Assembly: GCF_018350175.1 (NCBI RefSeq)
Contig: NC_058373.1
Span: 107,262,001 to 107,326,000 of the forward strand
DNA length: 64,000 nt
Direction of reading: 5' to 3'
Source of the DNA: Felis catus
Taxonomy: Eukaryota
A program made the position numbers and the translations under genes. Under the pieces are notes generated by a model. It was not told the origin of the DNA and ran no database searches. It was given only the letters and a program-made list of their open reading frames with translations. Below are positions 54,421 to 64,000 of the stretch, in pieces; the stretch's first letter is position 1; each line of letters starts with the position of its first letter.

Positions 54421-55093
54421 TAGGTAAATATATATTTAGTTCCTTTGAGTTGTTGAGAAAGTGAAGGTGATGTTTTACTTAATGTAGGACCTACATTTCT
54501 GGATATCGTAGAACTAATTGAATCTGCCCTTAGCTTTCCCAAGGTAGATTTATAGAAATGGTCCTGATGGAGATGCATTCTTGGCTTGGTATCCTGGCAG
54601 TTTGTTTTCTTTAAATTCTCCAAGGCTCTGAATGCCCCTGGTGGCCATGTTGTGTTTCTTTACCATTCATATAATTGTTTGTTACGTCTCCCAGTGTGCA
54701 AGATTATTTCTGAAGCCCTTCATAAAGTTAGCAGGAGGATTTTTCTTTCAATTTCTAATTGACCTTCACTCTGTTTCTTCAACCATATGTTTGAAGGGGC
54801 ATTGAGCCTCTGCAAAACTTGGATCTCAACATCAATACTATCATCTCCACAAACTTTTTGGCTATTCTAGTTCAAAACTGTTCATCAGTGGCAATAAGTA
54901 GAGTCCATGTATTTCAGGAAATACTAGACTCAGGATAGTACTTTTGGAACCGTCATTGGCTTGGAGCATTTGGAGTGTGATGTGTTAATAGTGGTCAAGA
55001 GTGTAGAGTGTAATTTGTTCACCTGTTGCTTATTGGCCGAAAGCTTATGGTAGTAGTATTCAGAGTATACCTTTATTACAGTTTTTGACTGTA

Positions 55094-55182
55094 TTCTATT
55101 TTGACCACTATATTATAAGCCTTTCTATTTTGACCACTATATTATAAGCCTTTTCTATTTTGACCACTATATTATAAGCCTT
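55094..55182. repeat. Minisatellite, 3 x 29-30 nt (TTCTATTTTGACCACTATATTATAAGCCT)
   Basis: Three identical units differing only in T-run length. Confidence 0.95.
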
Positions 55183-56569
55183 TACGTACAAGTTGGTGTT
55201 ACTCTCTTTGTATCCCTCGTAGAATGAAGGATATTGGTTTTGGGTATATTGAGTTTGAGGGAGTTTTATTTTTCTAAGTAAAAAAATGTAGCTGTGGGAT
55301 GTCAGATAGGAAGTGTGCAATAGGCAGTGTCTAATAGGAACTCAGAAGGTATGTTTGGGCTAAAGGTAGACACTGGGGATTGTTAACTTACATCATTGTT
55401 AAGAGTAAGAGTGAAAGAGAAAATGTGGACTGTGAAGCAGACCAAGGTCAATTCTTGCTAGTTACATGATTTTAAGCCAGCTATTTGACTCCCCAGTGCT
55501 CAGTGACCTCATCTGTATAGTAAGGACAGTCATATGTACATCATAAGATGCCTAATGCATATTATCTTTGACTTCCTTCATTCTTTCCCACCCTTTTTCT
55601 AGAAAACATATACAGTGTTTTTCAACAGAGCATTTAAATTTGGCTTAGGAGTTTACTGGCAGGAGGGCAAAAAGGGAAATTAAATGTATTCCATGATCCT
55701 TGCTGTTTGTAAGGGGGGCACAAAAACCCATTTTGGTGGGGGGGGGGGCTCGTGTTTTCTTGTCACAGCTTACTAAATTACTAGCTCTTTCCTTATCCTC
55801 TGTGTATAGCTCAATTTTTCTGGCTCAGGATGGGCTTAAATGTCCTATTTGAATTTGTGCCTTATATTATTTGCTTGTTAGTTATAAGTTGTTGTGCTAA
55901 ATGGTATAGCTTAGTTTGTTATAGTTAGTTATAAATTGCTGTGCTAAATGGTAATAGCCAACAGAAGATTGAATGGTTATTTTGAATTCTAAGACAGTGA
56001 AAAAAATGGATGAACATAATTTTTCTTTTTAATTTTGAGAATAAGCTGTATTCCCCAGAGTTTGTAGGGAGAAGTTTATAATGTTTTAACATGTGCTCTC
56101 CCAGGCCATCCCTTCTATTTTTATGGATGAATTCTTTATTTGACTCCCAAAACACTTTGTTGCAATAGTTTTTTCCCTCAAGCTTTGGAATAGATAAGAT
56201 TATGAATTCCCTTTTAGGTATAAGATGATACATAACAATGTAACCTTTAGGTTACAGAAAAGTTATTTACAGGTTCTAGAAAAGTTAGGCAGCATATTTT
56301 GAGAGAAAAAATTCCCTTAATATCTAGCTCCTACCCTATAGAGTTCAGTACACATGGGTTTAAGGAATAATTTTTATAGGGATAAAATTTTTCTTTAACA
56401 GAAGTTATCACTTGTTTATCTTTCAAGACCATAGACTTCTGTTTGGAGTTGTTTCAGGAAGTCAGTGAGCTAAAGAAGAATGGAAAGTCCTGATAAAACT
56501 AGATTACTTCCAAGAAAGTCTTAAATACAAAATTTATGATTATTTACCTTTTTCTAAGTCAGTTAATTC

Positions 56570-57140
56570 TATTTAAAATAAAAAAAAATTTTTTTTACTT
56601 GAGAGAGAGAGCGAGTGAGCATGCGAGTGGGGGAGAGGGACAGAAGGAGAGAGAGAGAGAATCCCAAGCAGGTTCCATGTAGAGCCTGATGTGGGGCTTG
56701 ATCCCATGACTCTGGGATCATGACCTGAGCTGAAATCAAGAGTTGGTCGTTCAACCAGCTGAGCCACCCACCCATGTGTCCCTTAATCTATTTTAATAAT
56801 TACTGAAATTCTACATGGAATATAATTCCTCTTGAAAAATTAAAGGAAATAAGTCAGATAAAAAATCTTGACAAAGGAATATAAGCAGCTAACTATTGAT
56901 ATAAGAAAATAAAATCTAAAAATAAGTTGTTTAGGGGCACCTGGGTAGCTTAGTCAGTTGAGCATATGACTTCAGCTCAGGTCATGATCTCAATGTTTGT
57001 GAGTTCCAGCCCAGCATCGGGCTGTCTGCTGTCAGCACAAAGCCTGGTTCTGATCCTCTGTCTCCCTCTCTCTCTGCCCCTCCCCTGCTCACTCACACTC
57101 TCTCTCAAAAATAAATAAACATTAAAAAAAATAAATAAAT
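56570..57140. mobile_element. Head-to-head Can-SINEs (- 56570-56782, + 56933-57140)
   Basis: Consensus motifs; TSD aaataagttgtttag for the + copy. Confidence 0.9.
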
Positions 57141-58489
57141 AAGTTGTTTAGAGAGAAAAGAAGGTGGGCACCATTCTGGTTTTCAAAAACAAGAGAAAAT
57201 CATAACGCTATCTTTGGGAATGGGTAATGACTGGGGATTTGGGCTTTTCCAGCAAACTTTCCTGTACGCTGAAAAATAGGAAATTTTGTATGAAAAACTT
57301 TCTTGCACTCTTGGAGGCCAAAGCTTGATCGTTTACTGCTGCTTTGGTTGTTCTGTTGCCAGATGAAGTGAACTAGCAATTACCAACTTTTTCTTCTGTT
57401 TTTTTTTTTTTTAATATATATGACTGGTTTCATATAAAAACTTTGTAAATATGTATTTTATAAATATAGAAAAAAATTGGTCACATAAACTCTACACCTA
57501 AAGTAGTTATGTTATCTGTGGGAAGTGTGATATAGAACAGAATGAGGTAGAGTTTTCATTTTTTTTCTCTGTATGCTTCTATCTTTGAGCTTTAAAAAGA
57601 GAGTTATTTGTGTTTTCAGCAGTTAAAATTGGGAAGGGAAGACTTATAGGAAAATAAATTATTTTAAAAATTCTCTAATACTGTAGAAATCCTTATGATT
57701 TAAGACAGATTTTTAATTTTTTTTTTTAAGTGAGAGTATGCGTGAGCAGGGGAGGGGCAGAGGGAGAAAGAGAATCTCAGGCAGACTCCTCACCCCTCAC
57801 CCCACCCAACCAAGATCATGACCTGACGTGAAACCAAGAGTTAGACACTTAACCAGCTGAGCCACCAGGCACCCTTTAAGGTGTATTTTTAAAAAATAGA
57901 GATGTAAAATTGATCATGAAACAAATAATGTAACTAATATGCAGTATGACTTTTAGAAATATTAAAGTTTTCTGTATTGCCTTGTTAAGTGAATTATCAA
58001 CTGAATCTACTCTACAAGACCTTGAAATATAGAATATTATTTGTGTGTTGATAGTTTTGAGTGTTTTAGATGGCTCCTTGCTTATCAATATCTTTAGTCA
58101 ATATATTTTTAAAGTGTGCTCATTTTCATCTTATGCAGTTGGATTTAATTTTCTTTAACCACAAACATTAGGGGAAATGCACCACTCCCAATCTTCTGAA
58201 TCCCAAAGTGAATTTTCTGGGGATTTGTTGATCTAGATAATGACAGTTGTGATCTTTGTTCTTTCAGGATTTTTTTCCCTCTAATATTTGATGGCACCAT
58301 TAAGATAGAAGAAATACACAAAGTCAATGCTAGTATTTTACTAGTAACCAACCTTAAAAATTCTTACTACCCTGTGTCATTCTTCTCATTTAGCTTTCTC
58401 TACAAGTCAGCCACATACCTGGAAGAAATAAACGTTTACCTTTTTCACTAGAATTTCTGTTTTCCCCTCTTATATTCATTTTTTTAATT

Positions 58490-58640
58490 ATGTGTAGTTT
58501 ATTGAGTACTTAGTATTTGTCAGGCACTGGGGATAGAGAACAGTAGTCCAGATTCCTGCTGTCATGAAATGTATATTATATCCTAGTAGAGGTTACAGAA
58601 AATCAACACATAAATAATTTCAGATAATGCTAAGAAAGGA
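58490..58640. mobile_element. L2 3' end remnant
   Basis: tttattgagtacttagtatttgtcaggcactggggatag. Confidence 0.6.
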
Positions 58641-59530
58641 GTGATTAGGGCTGGTGTCGTCCTAACCTATGTGGAGTTGGCAAGATTACAACTGGAGAAA
58701 TGAATATCAAAATGTTTAAATATTTATAAGTTAAGGATCAAGCTACACATCCATGCTGCCCACTTCTCAAGGGCTGGCATCCTCAAGACCCAGAGGCTAA
58801 AGGAACTGTTGTTCTCTTCTCCTAGCCAGCCTTTCTACTTGCTAGTCTGATTAGTAGCATGGATGACTTGGGGCAGAGCAGGGATGGTTGAGTGGTGCCT
58901 GGACCCATCAAAAACAGTATGTGAACTGATCCTGTCAACTCCCTAGGAATCCAGTACAGAGAGGTTAACCTCTTTAAGTCCTTGTTTTTCTAACTCAAGG
59001 CTTTCAGGAAATTCTCAGCTCTTCCCCAGATTGCACTACCCGAGAAGAGAGCAGGGAATGCAGGTATCTGGGACACGTGGCTTAACCAGGCAGTCCTTCT
59101 TGGTGGATTTGGGGCAGCCAACCTTAACTGATTAAAGTTTTTATGAGGAAACATTCCTTCTGTGATTTCTCAGGGCAGAAGTTGTGATTTTTTCCTTTCT
59201 CCGTGGATACTGTGGCACAGTCACCTTATCCTTTGGCCTGGGGCAGGGCTGGGGTGGGGGAGACCTCTTTCAGCTAGCACTCTCCCTTGTAATTCCCACT
59301 TGCTCACTTGCTTCCTGAACTTTCAAAAAAACCTTCCTTACAAGGCTAAAAGAAAAAAAAGTCTTTGTTTTAGTGATTGTGGTATGCAGAGCCTAGGCTT
59401 CTGACCTAGGCTTTTCTTGCCTAGGTCTAGGAGTGGCACTGGAATGGAGGTGACCACAGACCGCTCTTTTACACGCCTCTTTGACTTTTTCCTATCTGCT
59501 ACCTCTGAATCCGCCTAGCCCCCAACTCCA

Positions 59531-59776
59531 TTTTTTTTATTTTTTATTTTTTTTACATTTTATTTATTTTTGAGAGAGTGAGCACGAGAGCGTGAGAGCA
59601 AGCACAAGTGGGGGAGGGGCAGAGAGAGAGGGAGACACAGAATCCAAAGCAGGCTCCAGGCTCCAGGCTCCAAGCTGTCAGCACAGAGCCCAACGCGGGC
59701 CTCCAACTCACAAACCTTGAGATCGTGACCTGAGCTGAAGTCGGATGCTTAACCGACTGAGCCACCTAGGCGCCCC
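59531..59776 (-). mobile_element. Can-SINE upstream of exon 2
   Basis: TSD caactccattt. Confidence 0.93.
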
Positions 59777-60055
59777 TCAACTCCATTTGTTTTAATTTGT
59801 AAATTTGTTTAATGTGTAAAATGAAACTGATACCCTTTAGGATACCTATGTCAGAAAAGTAAGCTCTAAATGAAAATAAATATTTTCTAAAAGATTTTTT
59901 TGTGAGAGCTTTAAGTAGCAATGATTAATTTTCCTATCTCTGACTACCACCCCCCCCCCCCCAGGGGGAAAAAACACACTCAACCAAAAAACCACCAGAG
60001 CAAACAACAAAAAACAAACTATATAATATTGTTGTGGATTTGAGTACTGACTTAA

Positions 60056-60235
<180 letters not shown>

Positions 60236-60484
60236 TAAATATTATTGTTTGGATATACAAAGAGGACTTTAACAATTATTTAAGTAATTGATATAATTAT
60301 TTATTGATGGAAATATGGACAGTTTGGCAAGTGAATAAGTATAAATTCATCTATGCATTTGTTCAACAGAAATTGATTAAGTTCTAAGAGAACTCAGAAA
60401 TATTTATCTAGCCTTTGTTAGAGAAGTGTAGATCCTCTGGATTGATGGCTTTACAATTTATATATTTACTATATATTTTTTAAT

Positions 60485-60720
60485 TTAGTTAACATATATT
60501 GAGTACCTACTGTGTGCAAGCACTGTGTTATGCATTTTAGGTACTAGGTGGAAATGAGTGAAATAGCTATGGACCTTGCCCTCATAAGGCTTAGAGTATA
60601 GTAGTATAGGATAGCATGGAGGTAGATAATAAGACAGGCAAACTAAACAACTATGTGACTATGAATTGAGAAAAATACTATGAAGTTAGTGACAGTATTG
60701 GTGTAGGTCACTGATATCAT
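60485..60720. mobile_element. L2 3' end remnant in intron 2
   Basis: atattgagtacctactgtgtgcaagcactgtg...ccttgccctcataaggcttag. Confidence 0.65.
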
Positions 60721-60739
60721 GTTTAAATTGAGATTTGAA

Positions 60740-60960
60740 GGGGGCGCCTGGGTGGCCCAGTTGGTTGAGCGTCTGACTTTGGCTCAGGGCATGATCTCAC
60801 AGCTCTGTGAGTTCGAGCCCCGCATCGGGCTCTGTGCTGATGGCTTGGAGCCTGGAGCCTGCTTCGGATTCTGTGTCTCCCTCTCTCTCTGCCTCTAACC
60901 CACTTGCATTCTGTGTCTCTCAAAAATAAATATTAAAAAAAATTAAAAATAAATAATAAA
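60740..60960 (+). mobile_element. Can-SINE in intron 2
   Basis: TSD gagatttgaagg. Confidence 0.93.
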
Positions 60961-61140
60961 TAGAGATTTGAAGGCTGTTATATAATGTGTTGTAATTTGT
61001 TTTAATATCTATCTTTATGTATGGACATATGTATTTATTTTTAATATTTTTTTCATTTATAATTTAGTTTTTACTCTTTGTGAATAGTTTTGGGTTTTAT
61101 TTTATCTGTCCTTTTATTAAAAGTCACTTGATTATTTTTG

Positions 61141-61298
61141 AAGTTTAAAGAATATATAAATAGAATATATTTATCTACATATAATATTTAAATACATATT
61201 TAAATATCATATTTAAACATATTTACTTAAATATATTTAAATATATGTATTTAAATAAATATATTTACAATATATTATATTTAATATATTTAATATAT

Positions 61299-61340
<42 letters not shown>
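61141..61340. repeat. AT-rich low-complexity tract with inverted repeat and (TA)n
   Basis: Almost no G/C; (TA)n at ~61305-61337. Confidence 0.9.
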
Positions 61341-61936
61341 ATTTTTGGTGGTGTATGTTTCAACCTAGGTCACCAGTGTTTTAGCAGCATCTTTCTAGGT
61401 ATTTAATCTGTGTTACTTCCTTAATGCCCCCAGTTGCTCTTGTTATTTGTATTACCTCTGAGAGATAGTCTCTTTTAGATTCTTATTTTTTATTGATCCC
61501 TTATAGTTTTTCTAATTCTTTACAGGTACATTACAATACTTACAGAATTCTATGCTCTAGTATTCTTTAGACTATAGTTGTCATGAAAAATAGGAAGGTG
61601 TCTTTTGAATTAATCTTTAGCTTTCTGAAAGTTAGCAAATCAATTTATAACAAGTAAATAAGGTTCCTAATTTCTTTTTCTTTATTTTCCATAAGCTTTA
61701 GAGGAATTTAACATATTTTATCTTTCTCTTTTGATTCTATTCTGCCTTTGTAGTCATAAGAATTTAAGAACGACATTTTTGGTCTAATTACAAACACGGT
61801 GTCAAGAAAACAGTGTTTTATTTAGTAAGCAATCCTTTTCTATGTATCATGAATAAAATAGGTAAGAAGAAACAAACTGATTAGATAATATTGAAAACAA
61901 GAGGTATGTAATGTGTTGATTTTTTTTTTTTCTTAA

Positions 61937-63460
<1,524 letters not shown>

Positions 63461-64000
63461 GAAATTGGTATGTTTTTGATGCTTGTACTTTTGGTTGCTA
63501 CCCTATGTACTTTTATCTTTTATATGCCTAAGACAACATCTCACAGAAAAATCTCTAACAAGTTTTGTTGTGATAGCTGACATTTTTTACCTATTTACTT
63601 TCAGTTGTACTTGAATCATGTTTGTTAAATAGAAGGCATGCTTAAGTAAAGGACATACTTAAGTCATAAACATTTTGTTTTAGGAAAAGTCTTATCACTT
63701 TGTATCTGGGGAAAAAAGACTGTATCTCTGTATATCTGTATGTTGATGGGGCATTAGAGTCAACACAAGTAACGAATATACAGATTTTTAAAAAATAGTA
63801 TTTCTAGTAACTGTGTCTATGGTGACTAAAGCCATATGTTGTTTATCATTTATGTCTCTGTGCATACAGTATTTTGAAAATAGTCAGAAGCAGTTGACTG
63901 TTGAAGTGGCATTCTGTTTTTCATGTTATGCTTGAATCAGAGGATAGAGTAATCTTGGGGCCTTTTCTTTTGTGATTAGTCAAAAGGATGCTTTCATCAA

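Noticed and set aside
54430..55090. Possible processed pseudogene or transposase on the minus strand
   Set aside because: Manual translation gave many stops and no recognisable protein; needs tBLASTx/Dfam, left unassigned
55094..55182. 29-30 nt direct repeats as a CRISPR-like array
   Set aside because: No spacers, no cas genes, mammalian context; simple minisatellite
61855..61910. Donor-like AG|GTAAGA and AG|GTATGT just upstream of exon 3
   Set aside because: Only ~77 and ~35 nt from the acceptor, with no convincing upstream exon

Overview
AT-rich, repeat-dense mammalian genomic DNA from a cat-family carnivore (dozens of Felidae-type Can-SINEs/SINEC_Fc). The window lies inside the MNAT1 gene (MAT1, CDK-activating kinase/TFIIH assembly factor) on the + strand: about 60 kb of intron 1, then coding exon 2 (60082-60234, second half of the RING finger), a 1.7-kb intron 2, coding exon 3 (61939-62012) and the start of intron 3. 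Exon numbering is from my recollection of the human gene; exon 1 is outside the window. Other content is about 60 Can-SINEs, several L1s (one near full length, ~42.3-51.3 kb), MaLR/MIR/L2/hAT remnants, a tailless 5S rRNA retropseudogene and simple repeats. The supplied ORF track is almost all repeat-derived noise and misses both real exons. I see no new multi-gene system. The most notable signal is an L1 inserted at the exon 3 splice donor: its target-site duplication copied the last 7 exon bases plus the donor, leaving a second identical 5' splice site 1455 nt downstream. Also notable are a candidate 19-nt poison microexon, an inverted SINE pair flanking exon 2, a V40M change in the RING domain and several templated-insertion or poly(A)-only retrotransposition scars. 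Repeat boundaries and subfamily names were assigned by eye and are approximate.
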